Positions 26,390-37,604 of a DNA stretch of 64,000 bases are shown here, in pieces; within the stretch, counting starts at the first letter, position 1; each line of letters begins with the position of its first letter. The translations under genes were made by a program, and so were the position numbers. Source of the stretch: Narcine bancroftii (lineage: Eukaryota); contig NC_091482.1 of assembly GCF_036971445.1 (NCBI RefSeq), positions 1,922,001-1,986,000 of the forward strand, in the 5' to 3' direction. The notes beneath the pieces were generated by a model, which was given only the letters and a program-made list of their open reading frames with translations, ran no database searches and was not told where the DNA came from.

Positions 26390-27613
26390 CTATTTTTGTA
26401 ATTGTTCTGCAAATTTTCGTGCTTCTTCTGGATCCGCGAATAGTCTGTTTTGTTGTCCTGGAATAAATATTTTCAATACCGCTGGATGCTTTAGTATAAA
26501 TTTATACCCTTTCTTCCATAAAATCGCCTTTGCTGTATTGAACTCTTTTCTCTTCTTTAGGAGTTCAAAACTTATATCTGGATAAATGAAGATTTTTTGT
26601 CCTTTATACTCCAGTGGTTTGTTGCCCTCTCTTACTTTTTCCATTGTCTTCTCCAGTACCTTTTCTCTTGTAGTATATCTTACGAATTTTACTACAATAG
26701 ATCTTGGTTTTTGTTGTGGTTGTGGTTTAGAGGCCAATACTCTATGTGCCCTTTCTATTTCCATTTCATGCTGTAGTTCTGGACATCCTAGGGTCTTAGG
26801 GATCCACTCTTTTATAAACTCCCTCATATTCTTGCCTTCTTCATCTTCCTTAAGGCCCACTATCTTTATGTTATTTCTTCTGTTATGGTTTTCCATTGTA
26901 TCTATTTTTTGAGCTAGTAGTTCTTGTGTCTCTTTAGTTTTTTTATTAGATTCCTCCAATTTCTTTTTTAAGTCTTCTACCTCCATTTCTGCTGCTACTG
27001 CCCGCTCTTCCATCTTGTCCATTTTCTTTCCCATTTCTGTTAAGGTCATCTCCATTTTATTTATTTTCTCTTCTGTGTTGTTTATTCTTTTTCTTAAATC
27101 CTTAAATTCCTGTGTTTGCCATTCTCTAAATGATTCCATGTATCCTCTAATAAGAGCAAGTATATCCTTTACCTTGCCTCTCTTTTCTTCTTCTATTTCA
27201 CCATACTCTTCCTCTTCTTCTTCCTCTGGGTTGGCCATCTGTTGTTTCTTTGCTGCCCTTTCCTCCTCTTCTATCTTGTTTCTATTGTCTTCTGTGGTCT
27301 CTTCTTGCTGCAGGTGTTCTGCAGCTGTCGTTGCCGGCTGTGGAGATCGACTCCCCAGCTGGTCCCCCCTCCCGTCGGTGTGTTTTTTTTCATTCGCATC
27401 GCGCATGCGCGAAACTTCGCGCATGCGCGGTTGCGCACTTTTGTTCGGCTCTGCGAGCCATTTTTGTAGTCCATTATTTACCGACCTGAGGGAGCGGGTT
27501 TCTCTCTCCGCAGCGGGCCTCTTCGGACAGGTAAGGCCTTCACCTTTTTCCTCCTTTGTCTTCTCTTCCTCTCTTCTTACCGTTGCTTTCGACTTTTCTT
27601 TTTTTGTCGCCAT
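26390..27613 (-). CDS. L1 ORF1p (coiled coil + RRM + CTD nucleic-acid chaperone), 407 aa, intact
   Basis: Heptad-rich coiled coil, then IDTMENHNRRNNIKIVGLKE, EIERAHR, PRSIVVKF, IFIYPDIS, KRKEFN, HPAVLKI: the hallmark ORF1p motifs in order. Confidence 0.93.
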   Translation of the reverse strand: MATKKEKSKATVRREEEKTKEEKGEGLTCPKRPAAERETRSLRSVNNGLQKWLAEPNKSAQPRMREVSRMRDANEKKHTDGRGDQLGSRSPQPATTAAEHLQQEETTEDNRNKIEEEERAAKKQQMANPEEEEEEEYGEIEEEKRGKVKDILALIRGYMESFREWQTQEFKDLRKRINNTEEKINKMEMTLTEMGKKMDKMEERAVAAEMEVEDLKKKLEESNKKTKETQELLAQKIDTMENHNRRNNIKIVGLKEDEEGKNMREFIKEWIPKTLGCPELQHEMEIERAHRVLASKPQPQQKPRSIVVKFVRYTTREKVLEKTMEKVREGNKPLEYKGQKIFIYPDISFELLKKRKEFNTAKAILWKKGYKFILKHPAVLKIFIPGQQNRLFADPEEARKFAEQLQK

Positions 27614-29079
27614 CTTCTTTCCACCTTTATACTCACTTTTCTGTAACTTTTATTTCTGTGCCTTTGTGTTTTCTCTTGTTTTTCCCGACTTTTCTGGAGA
27701 GGGCTGGAGTTCACCGTCCGGCCACTACTCCATCACGTGACTCCTCTCCCCACCCAAAATGTTGACTGGCCTTTCTACCCATGGACATGACCTGTCCTGA
27801 TGAGTCCCTGCAACAGCTCACTACAGAGACTTCCTGGGCCAGTCAGGCAATGTGTGAGTAGACCCTAATGTAAAGACGATCTGCACATTGGGCATGATCT
27901 GTTGGCACTACAGTATACCCCCGGTCTCAGGGGAGGCTGACCAGACCCTGTAACCCAGACACCTACAAGGGGCGGCTGTTTCTGGGGGATAGTCTTGTGG
28001 AGGTGGTCAGTGTGTGGAGTATCATCGCACACAGAAAATCTGTAAAGTCACACAAAGGCAATAGAGTCCAACACCAGCCTCAGGTCAAGAAAGAGAAGCA
28101 GAGAGTCCCTACAGAGACAATGAGTGTCCATAGATCCCACCACCACCTCCTGCACCCACCCACTCCCCACTCCCCGTCACCATCATGACCGCAAAGCCTC
28201 CTGTCTGGACCAGTGGTGAATTCTGAGCTCTGGGCAGCCGCGGAAACCCTGGTTCCTAATTCCCAACCACCACCCGTTGTCACCATCTGAGACCCTGTAC
28301 ACCATCAGTACCCTCACATATCCCGGTCCCAATGCCCGGTTTCCTTGAGCCGGTGTCCAGCAGCCTGCGGCCTGGCATGAGGATGGGCAACCGGCATTGT
28401 CCACAGTTCTCTAACGAACATCCGTGTTTAATGATTAAAGAGCCAAACTCTTACTGTGGCTAATGACGAACCATGTACATGGAAGTACGAAATTACCAAG
28501 ATATTAATAGGCCTGTGGGCAACAGTTGGAGTAAATCATCTCTACCAGCACAGATCAGTGTCTGTGTACTCCCTTGGTTACTGAATGGCAGCAGATATTT
28601 ACTCTGTAAACAGCCAGGATTAAATTCCATAGACCTGTATTATGTTAGAGGCTTCAGCCACCAAACTAATTTCATGTGGTTAAACCCAGTAACCACAGCA
28701 ACGAGTGTGGCCAGGAATTGACTTCCTTTGGATGACCAGTGAAATGGTGACCCTGTGTCAATCTGACTCTACTGGGTGTCCCTCACCACTGACATTGGCC
28801 TGTCATCAGCCGAAATGTCACATCTACTTGGCAGTCAGTGTTTCAGCGATCCACGGTCTGAGGATTCCAACTGCCAGCTGCTTCTTATCGGACACAGTAA
28901 GAAGCAGAGCCAGGAACCAATGGGATGAGGCAGCCCCCAGCGGGGCACAGTGCCTTGCTTCAGAGGCGGCTTGCATTTCATCGCCTCATCCCATTGGGGG
29001 GAAGGGGGGGTGAAATCAGCTGGGCTGCTTCCAGGTGGGTTTCAACGGTCTCCAGGCAAGAGTGAGGAGGATGTCCAGC

Positions 29080-29282
29080 CACGGCCCTCGGCCCCGCTGC
29101 TGCCCAATTACACCCCATTAACCTACACCACCGGTACGTTTTGAACAGCAGGAGAAAACCGGAACCCCTGGGAAAACCCACGCAGACACGGGGAGAACGT
29201 ACCAACTCCTTCCAGACAGCATGGGATTTGAACCCCGGTCTCGATCACTCGTCCTGTAATGGCGTTGCACTAACTGCCATCG
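29080..29282 (-). mobile_element. V-SINE (HE1-like)
   Basis: Reverse strand: tRNA-like head (GACCGGGGTTCAAATCCC), then GGAGTTGGTACGTTCTCCCCGTGTCTGCGTGGGTTTTCC. Confidence 0.75.
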
Positions 29283-29284
29283 CA

Positions 29285-29700
29285 CTTCCATCGCCTTCCC
29301 AAGATCGTGTTATATAGCGAGCTCTCCACTGGCCACTGAGACAGAGGTGCACCAAAGAAGAGGTACAAAGACTACTTAAAGAAATCTCTTGGTGCCTGCC
29401 ACATTGACCACCGCCAGTGGGCTGATATTGCCTCCAACCATGGATCTTGGCGCCTCACAGTTTGGTGGGCAGCAACCTCCTTTGAAGAAGATCGCAGAGC
29501 CCACCTCACTGACAAAAGACAAAGGAGGAAAAACCAACACCCAACCCCAAACAACCAATTTTCCCTTGCAACCGCTGCAACCGTGTCTGCCTGTCCCGCA
29601 TCGGACTTGTCAGTCACCAACGAGCCTGCAGCAGACGTGGACATTACCCCTCCATAAATCTTCGTCCGCGAAGCCAAGCCAAAGAAAGAAGAAAGAAACT
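29285..29700 (+). mobile_element. RTE-clade LINE 3' end
   Basis: HRLPKIVLYSELSTGH*DRGAPKKRYKDYLKKSL...FPCNRCNRVCLSRIGLVSHQRAC; tail GAAGCCAAGCCAAAGAAAGAAGAAAGAA. Confidence 0.85.
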
Positions 29701-30044
29701 GCTACATTAACTATGTCCTGTGCCAGCCAGTCAACACATGTCCCTAAATCAATTCTTTCAGTAAAATTAACAATGAATTCAACTGAATATCCAGCAGGGA
29801 AACAGGAGAGGCCCGTTGGTCGCACTACATGATTCTCCTTGTTTTTTTTTGACAAGTCTTTGTCACTTCTTACACCCCTGTTCCTCTAACAGCTGGCATC
29901 TGATGTTTTTGGCTCTGGTTTGAGACTCCTCCCCAGCCCAGGTTGGTGAAAGTCAGCTGTTGTTCCTCTGCACGTTACAACTTTCAAAGAAATTCCCTGC
30001 TTGCAGAGCCCTTCAGGACCAGAAGGAAGGCAGATAGAGCGAAA

Positions 30045-30262
30045 CACCAAAGTCTGCATACACTGTGATTGTAGTAAAAACTCAGCCGGTCTCGCAGCGC
30101 TCAAAGGAGGTAAGGATGTGTTATTGATGTTTCGGGGCTGAGCCCTTCCACAAGGTACAAAGAAAACCTTGAAGAGCTCAAGCCCAAAACATCGGTAATG
30201 TATCTTTATCCTCCTAAGGATGCTGCAAGACTGGCTGCTTTCCTCCAGGATTTCTGTGTCTC
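30045..30262. mobile_element. Fold-back Penelope-type terminal-repeat element
   Basis: Two arms in inverted orientation (GATGTTTCGGGGCTGAGCCCTT / TTGAAGAGCTCAAGCCCAAAACATC). Confidence 0.65.
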
Positions 30263-30820
30263 TGTAGCCCCACTGAGTAGCCAGCAGCCAGTGACTGTCT
30301 GGCTCCTTGTCTAGTCTCCATTATCAGGACAGAGCGCAGGCTATGGAGCTGAACAAATTGGATCTGGTGCAAGGAACACCTAGAAAGTAACAGAGGATTT
30401 TAAAAAGTGTGTGTTTCCTTTCAATCTTCCTAAAACAAAGTTTAATTGTTATTAGAGTATTAGAGATGGGAGGAAGGGGAAGGATTCTGGGAGCAGGGTG
30501 GGGAAAACACTTCTCTGAGCTCTTGTGATGGATTGCTTCAGGTATCAGCCAAACTAGAATTGACAGGCCCCTGGCGAAGTGTTCACCACACAAAATGTTT
30601 AAATTGTTCAGTAATCGGTAACTGAAATAAAGGGATGACTGTTACCCACAGTCAAACACAAAGCAGATTGAAATATTGACGAGATGTAACTGGATCGGCG
30701 TCTGCATGAACTTAAACACAGTGAAAAGACCATTGTATCTAAAGCACCAGTCTCCCTTGCAACAGTGCAGCCCCACCTAGTCCAACATTTGGACAGAATG
30801 CAGAGCTGCCCTTTCAACTT

Positions 30821-31140
30821 CAGTAAAAGCCCTCAAATCCAGACCGCTCGGGGATTTGGTCGGTCTGGATTTTCTGATTTTATGAATTCTCAGATTCAAG
30901 GAGAATAAACAGGTTAATTTTGAAAGTTTTAACGAAACATTTTTCATATAAAATACAAAGTACAAAAAAACAAAATAAATATTTTCACTTACATTTCTGC
31001 GACTTCCTCGTGGTCTCTTGTTGCCGCTGTGCATCTGTGGCGCTTGTGCTCGCACGGAAAAGTCCAGTAAATTTTAAAAGTTTGAGCGTTTTCAAGAAGT
31101 CCAGATTCTCTAGGGGTCTGGATTTCTGAACTTTTACTTC
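30821..31140. mobile_element. MITE with ~25-bp TIRs (Tc1/mariner pogo/Tigger-like)
   Basis: Left CAGTAAAAGCCCTCAAATCCAGACC; right GGTCTGGATTTCTGAACTTTTACT (reverse complement AGTAAAAGTTCAGAAATCCAGACC). Confidence 0.65.
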
Positions 31141-34100
31141 CAGCCCATTCTGCAACACAAATCCGACTGAGAAGGCTCTGTCTTTGATGTCACGTTGGCC
31201 TCCATTTTCCTCCTTCATTGTTCGGCTGGTGATCTGGTGTGGATCCTCTCTCTATCAGCTGACTTTCATCAGTGCAGACCCTTTGGGACCCACAAGGAGG
31301 GTGGTCTGAAACAAGAGATGGAATTGAGAACGAGCAGGAAACTGCAGGTTGGGTAGTTCTGTGGAAAGAGGAAACACATCGTTTCAGGTCAAAGAGCTGG
31401 ACTGTTGTGGGATCTCAGACCTCAAATGTTAACTGTTCCTCCCTCCACAGGCACTGCCTGACCTGCTGAGCATTTCCTACACTTTCTGATTTGACTTTGT
31501 GTTTGCAGGCTCAGGCCCGAAACGTCGGTTAGATCTCTACCTCCTATGGACGCTGAGAGACCTGCTAAGTTCCTCCAGCATTCCTGTGCTTTTACCTCAA
31601 TCACTGAGTCCGCGGACTTTCGGTGTTTCACCTCCTGACCCCGAATGTCTTTGGAATGAGAGGAAATGGGAGAGCCCAGGGAAACCCATGCAGACACGGG
31701 GAAAATGAACAAACTCCCTCAGACTGCGCCAGATACAAACCCGTGTCACTGGCGCAGTGACAGTGTCGCGCTAACCATTCCACTTTATCTCCTACCACAT
31801 TAAAAGTTGTGCACTTGTCGCCCTACATCAGACGTGATCCAGGCTGAACCTCCCAGCAGGGCTGCGGTGTCACCTCCGAGACAAGATGTTTATCTCTGAC
31901 TCATTTGTCCTTTCCAATAAACACAGAGTCTCCTGGGCCACCAATCCCACACTGTGTCCTGGGCCAACACTTATCCCTCAACCCATACCACAAAAAAAAC
32001 AGATCACTTGGTTGGCATTCCACACTTTTACAATCACAGATTACTCACACTTGAAGGTCCAGAATCTTTTGTCCAACCTAAAAATCAGAAATAGAATCAC
32101 AAACAGGTTTGTCATGAACATGTGCCACTAAATTTGTTGTTTGACGGCTCTTGGCCTGAACTTGCTGGAATTTAAGAGAATGAGGGGAGGAATCTCATTG
32201 AAAGATTTTGAATGTTGAAAGGCGTGGACAGAGTCGATGTAGAACGGTTGTTTCCCACAGTGGGAGAGTCGCGGACAAGAGGACACAATTTCAGGATTGA
32301 AGCGTGTCCACTTAGAACAGAGATGCAGAGGAATTTCTTCAGCCAGAGGGTGGTGAATCTATGGAATTTATTGCCATGTTTGTACATTCTCCCTGTGTCT
32401 GCATGGGTTTCCCTGTGGTCTCCCATTTCCTCTTGTTCCAAAGACACACTGAAAGTCTGTAAAAGCACAGGAATGCTGGAGGAACTCAGCAGGTCTCTCA
32501 GCATCCATAGGAGGTAGAGATCTAACCAATGTTTCGGGCCTGAGCCTGCAAACACAAAGAGGTCAGGTCACTGAGTATTTAACACAGGGATTGATAGGTT
32601 CTTGATTAGCCAGGGAGAAGGCTGGGCAGTGGGGCTGAGTGGGGAGAATGGATCAGCTCATGATTGAATGATGAGGCAGACTTAATGGGCTAAATGGCCT
32701 ATGTCTTATGGATTTGTGGCAGCAGTGTTGTGCATTACAGGGGTAAAATTGTTATAAATTACAGTTCCATAAATACAAGATATAAAAATGTAATTAATGC
32801 AAAAAGAGAGAAGGTGAGGCCATGTCTGGGGTTCATTGTCCATTCAGGAATCTGATGGCAGAGGGGAAGAAGCTGTTTTTGTCCCACTGAGTGCTTGTCT
32901 TCAGGCTCCTGCACCCCCTTCCTGATGGTAGTGGAGTGAAGAGGTCATGAGGGTCCTTGAGGATAGAAGCTGCTTTCTTGAGGCACCACCTCTTAGAGAT
33001 GCCCTTAATGGAGTGATGCCCATGATGGTGTTGGGCGAGCTTTCAATCCTCTCTTGCCTTTTCCTGTCTTGGGCATTGGCACCTCCATACCAGTCCAAGA
33101 GCAGTATTCCAGTTTTAAATCACTGCCCTTCACATGTTCCCTTCATCAGTCCCAATGAGGTGAATCTGTGGTTGGTGTGTCATACACAGGGAGCTCAACT
33201 AGTCATGTTGCTGCTATTTTCCTATTAGACTTGGCACCTGGAAAGCTGTTTGTTCTCTGAACAGCCAACACTGTCTGAGAGAGTGTTGCAGCGACTCATT
33301 CAAATTACAGAGTGAATCATGAGAATCACCGGACGCTGTGATTGCGGAAAAACACAAACGCTGGAGGAACTCGGCCAGTCTCGCAGTGTCCATAGGAGGT
33401 AAAGATATAGAACTGACATTTCGGGCCTGAGCCTTTAAATCATAGAACATTATAGCACACAACAGGCCTTTCAGCCCACAATGTTATGCCAACTTACCAA
33501 TAAAACACACTAACCTTCCTCACCCTGTAACTCTCTATTTTCCTTCCATCCATGTGACTACGGGTCTGTTAAATGTCCCCTAATGTTCCAGCCTCCATAC
33601 TACCCCCAGCAAGGCATTCCATGCACCCACCACTCTGTGCAAAAATACTTACCCCTGACATCTCCCCTAAACCCCTCCCTTCACTCTGTACAGATGTCCT
33701 CTGGTGTTTGCTGATCCTGCCCTGGGAAACAGGCGCTGGCCATCCACCATATCTATGCCTCTTAGAATCTTGTCGATCCCTACCATGTCTCCTCTTATCC
33801 TTCTATGCTCCAAAGAGAAAAGTCCCAGTTCTACTAACTTTGCCTGATTTTTTTCAATCCAGGCAACATTCTGGTAAATCTCCTCTGCACCCTCTCTATG
33901 TCTTTCCTGTGACCAGAACTGAACATTAAGTGTAGTCTCACCTGAGATTTACCTTCTTCAAGGTGTGAATAAAATGCAGGCAGGTGCCTGAACTATAGGG
34001 CTGGGAAGAAGGGAAGACAGGGCAGGGAGACGAGCTTGTGGGCAGCAGGCAGTGCAGAGGGAGAGCAGTGAGAAAAACATGCAGAGCTCCCATGGAAGAG

Positions 34101-35019
34101 ACAAGAACGTCCTCAGGGTAGGCATCCTTGAAGACTGTCTTGTGCAGCCTGAGATGATACCAATTTGGGTTTATACTCATCTTCATGAGTAAGTAAGGCA
34201 CTCAACCTCTCCCCAGAGGTATCAGACAACAAACAGCCTCATAGGAAGGATTATACCAGGTGCTGGAAGTTTTGGGAAAATCCAAAGTTCAAATCTAAAG
34301 ATAAAATTAAACTGAGTGTAATAATAGTTTTAAAAATAGTGTCCTGACAGTCTGTGGAAGCTGAACTAAACAAACGAGAATGAACTGCAGTTTAAAAAGA
34401 CAGCAGTATGTTGCAGCCCACAGCTGGCTTTATCCTCTTGGCACAGCGCAGAAGGAGCACTGTCACTGTGACGGCCTCAGCCTGAAGCTCTGCAAAGTAG
34501 CTGATGGGGCAAAGAGCAACCCTGCCCAGGCCCCCCACCCCCGGTCCCCCAACCCAGAGGGGATAAATGCCAGCACCTGCCCTCTGCAATCCAGCAGGAT
34601 GTCCATGCCCACGATACCCCTCAGCTCTCACACCTTGAGGCAGCCAAGCACACTAACAGCTCATCTGAGCTCTCCTGGTCACCACCTTCGGGTTGAAATA
34701 CGGCTGAGCTGCTGTCACAGCATGAGATGATGGAGGGACGGAGATAGGGAGGGAAAGGGAGAGCAAGGGGAGGGAGAAAGGAGAGAGAGAGAGAAAGAGG
34801 AGACAGAGAGAAAGAGGAGACAGAGAGAAAATGAGTGAGAGGGAGGTGAGAACGAGGGAGAGAGATGGAGAATGGGAGAAAGACAGAGTGAGAGTTGAAG
34901 AGAGAGAATGAGAGAGGGACTGATAGATTGAGACAGAGATAGGGGGGTTGAGTAGGGAGAAGTATGAGAGACCTCCTGCATCTCTTCATCTCCACCTTTG
35001 AGCCCTTTCTTTTCAACCC

Positions 35020-35600
35020 TCTAATTTCTCCACCCCCTGTCCTCCACCTTCCCCCCTCTGATCTACCCTACCCTCCACCTCCCACCTAAGCTCCCCAAAC
35101 TTCCACCTTTCCACTCTGACCTACATCCTCCTCCTACCACCTCCACACTCTGACTTCTTCTTTCCCCCTCCAATAACCTCTACCACCGACTACCTCTCTA
35201 ACCCTGCCTGGTCTTAACCATCCCCTCTGACCTTGCCCTCTCTGAGACAGAGCACTCAGTTCTCAGTAGAGGCCTCACTTTCATACCCCTCCACCCACAC
35301 CTCAACAGGTTCCACACACGCTGTGATGCCAAACTCTTCTTCCACCACCTCCATCTCCGGGTCCACTTCCACGACCGTGACTCTCCATCCTCCCACCTCT
35401 TCTCCTACTTTAAGCCGCTTCCTCCTCCTGGACACTTTGTCCTGGCCCAGCTGCCCGCTCTGGACCTTTTTATTTCCACCTGCCACCGAGACAACTTCAC
35501 TTACACCCCCCCCTCGTTATCCAACCTCACCTCCTCCGAACTCTTCCCTCCACTCTCTCCGCAACAATCCCAACCCCCCCCATCAAACCCGCTGACAAGG
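35020..35600 (+). mobile_element. Penelope-like element 5' ORF remnant
   Basis: TIPSDLALSETEHSVLSRGLTFIPLHPHLNRFHTRCDAKLFFHHLHLRVHFHD ... IKPADKG, typical PLE pre-RT motifs. Confidence 0.75.
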
Positions 35601-36049
35601 GTAGTGTGGAGCTGAGGCCCGACGACAGCTCTCAGTCTGCTCTGCACAAACTGGCTGTCACGCATTTCCCTACAAAGAGACTCCAATCCAGTGAAGGTGT
35701 GGCTGGATGGACCATCAGGAAAATGCGCTGCCCTTGCTCTGTTTCAACAGAGCCCTTTCCCTGTAGCACAGTTTTATTTTAATTTTAATAAAACTAATTT
35801 TAATAAAATTAAAATTAATTTTAATTTATTTTATTTTAATAAAACAGTTTTATTTTTCACTACCTGTTGCACTCAAAGCTAGGTTGACTTGACTGGATAG
35901 ATCGCAAAACACCTTGTTCCCTAAATCTTGATTCAGGGGAGACAATTTAATTCAAGTCAAAGATTGCCCTGCTTCCTTGAACAGCTCCACCTCGCCACCT
36001 GGTGACATATGGCAGTAATACAACTATTGAACATTGTGAAATAATATTC

Positions 36050-36635
36050 AAGTGGTAATATTCAGCTGGTGAGACCTTAGCTGGAGAATTGTGAGCAGTT
36101 TTTGGCTCCACATTTAAGAAAGGATGTGCTGATGTTGGAGAGGGCTCAGAGGAGGTTCAGAGGATGATTCTGGGAAAGAAAGGGCTATCATACGAGCAGT
36201 GTTTGATGGCTCTTGGCCTGAACTCATTGGAATTTAGGAGAATGGGGGGGGGGGGGGGGTTCATTGAAACATTTTGAATGTTGAAAGGTGTGGACAGAGT
36301 CGATGTAGAAAGGTTGTTTCCCAAGGTGGGAGAGTCTAGGACAAGAGGGCACAACTTCAGGATTGAAGGGTGTCCGCTTAGAACAGAGACGTGGAGGAAT
36401 TTCTTCAGCCAGAAGGAGGTGAATCTGTGGAATTTGTTGCCACAGGCGGTTGTGGAGGCCAGGTCATTGGGTGTATTTAAGGCAGAGATTGATGTTCTTG
36501 ATTAGCCCGGGCATCAAAGGTTATGGGGAGAAGGCCGGGCAGTGGGGCTGAGAGGGGAAATGGATCAGCTCATCGTTAAATGGCAGGACAGACTCGATGG
36601 GCGGAATAGCCTATTTTTCTTCTACTATGCCTTAT
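36050..36635 (+). mobile_element. CR1-clade LINE 3' fragment
   Basis: MLKGVDRVDVERLFPKVGESRTRGHNFRIEGCPLRTE..RNFFSQ..VNLWNLLP; similar copy at ~32145-32710. Confidence 0.85.
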
Positions 36636-36751
36636 TCTGATGTCACAAGTTTCCTCAGATAACTCAGTTTGCTTGTTTTAAGGAATCATAAAGTCTGTCA
36701 TTTTTTTTTAAAGGAAAACTGCTAAAACCCGGTGTAAATTCTTTCCAGGTA

Positions 36752-36901
36752 TTTTTGGGTAAAATGGAGGGCTGTGATTGGGTAACACAGAGGGCTTTGA
36801 TTGGGTAAAACAGAAGGCCATGATTGGGTAAAATAAAGGGCCGTGATTGGGTAAAACGGAGGGTCGTGATTGGGTGAAACAGAAGGCCATGATTGGGCAA
36901 A
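36752..36901. repeat. ~23-bp tandem repeat carrying TGATTGGG (CCAAT on the - strand) x6
   Basis: Unit ~CAGAAGGCCATGATTGGGTAAAA. Confidence 0.9.
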
Positions 36902-36995
36902 TGTTTTTTTTTAGAAAGGCAGGAACTGAGGGCTCAATTCCTAAAGGAGAGCCAGTAACTCAGGGTGTGTGTAATTACAACTGCTGCTCCCATCA

Positions 36996-37041
<46 letters not shown>

Positions 37042-37604
37042 CTAAACTACACTAAGGAGCTCCACTTGACACATTTCTGAATGCAATGCTGGTGTTGATT
37101 GTACCACTCAGAGCCCTAAAACAGTAAATCCATGCAGCTTTTAGAAGAACACTACAGGGGTGAATCAGGTTTGTGTACTAGCCCGTTTTGTTCAGTCTGT
37201 TCTTCATCTGCATGCTGCCATATGTACATTTTTCTTTGCACTGCTAATTAGTGATAACTCTGCCTGGCCCGCAGGAAAAAGAATCTCAGGGTTGTATGTG
37301 TTACGCAGGTACTCTCACAATAAATCTGAACTTGAGTCAACACACTCTATGGTGGCTCACACAGCGATGAGCCCTAGGCACTCTGCAACAGAGCTATATT
37401 GTGAATAACGGGATGGAATAACTAAAAATTGCCTGTTGCACAGTTCACTAAGTGATTGTACTGTAACCAACATGTACCCCGCATAACTTCGCATCTTCGG
37501 TCACCTTCCTTGAGATCGGATTTTATTCATTTTGATTCCTTGGGTCACGGAGAGGCTGGTTCATCCATAAATGGGGCAGTGGTGCCTTTGAGGAGGCTTC
37601 AAAC

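Larger units (their letters stand above)
25293..27746 (-). mobile_element. Full-length non-autonomous L1 derivative (half-L1/HAL1-like; ORF1 only)
   Basis: 17-bp TSD TCCCCACCCAAAATGTT at 25276-25292 and 27747-27763. Poly(A) tail (T-run from ~25295). 5' end GAGGAGTCACGTGATGGAGTAGTGGCCG. Intact ORF1; ORF2 internally deleted. Confidence 0.9.

Noticed and set aside
27015-27740. 241-aa + strand ORF (possible L1 ORF0-like)
   Set aside because: Ser/Phe-rich antisense shadow of the A-rich ORF1, with a non-ATG start and no independent coding evidence.
35770-35860. AT-rich quasi-palindromic tract
   Set aside because: Short low-complexity sequence whose self-complementarity is expected from composition.
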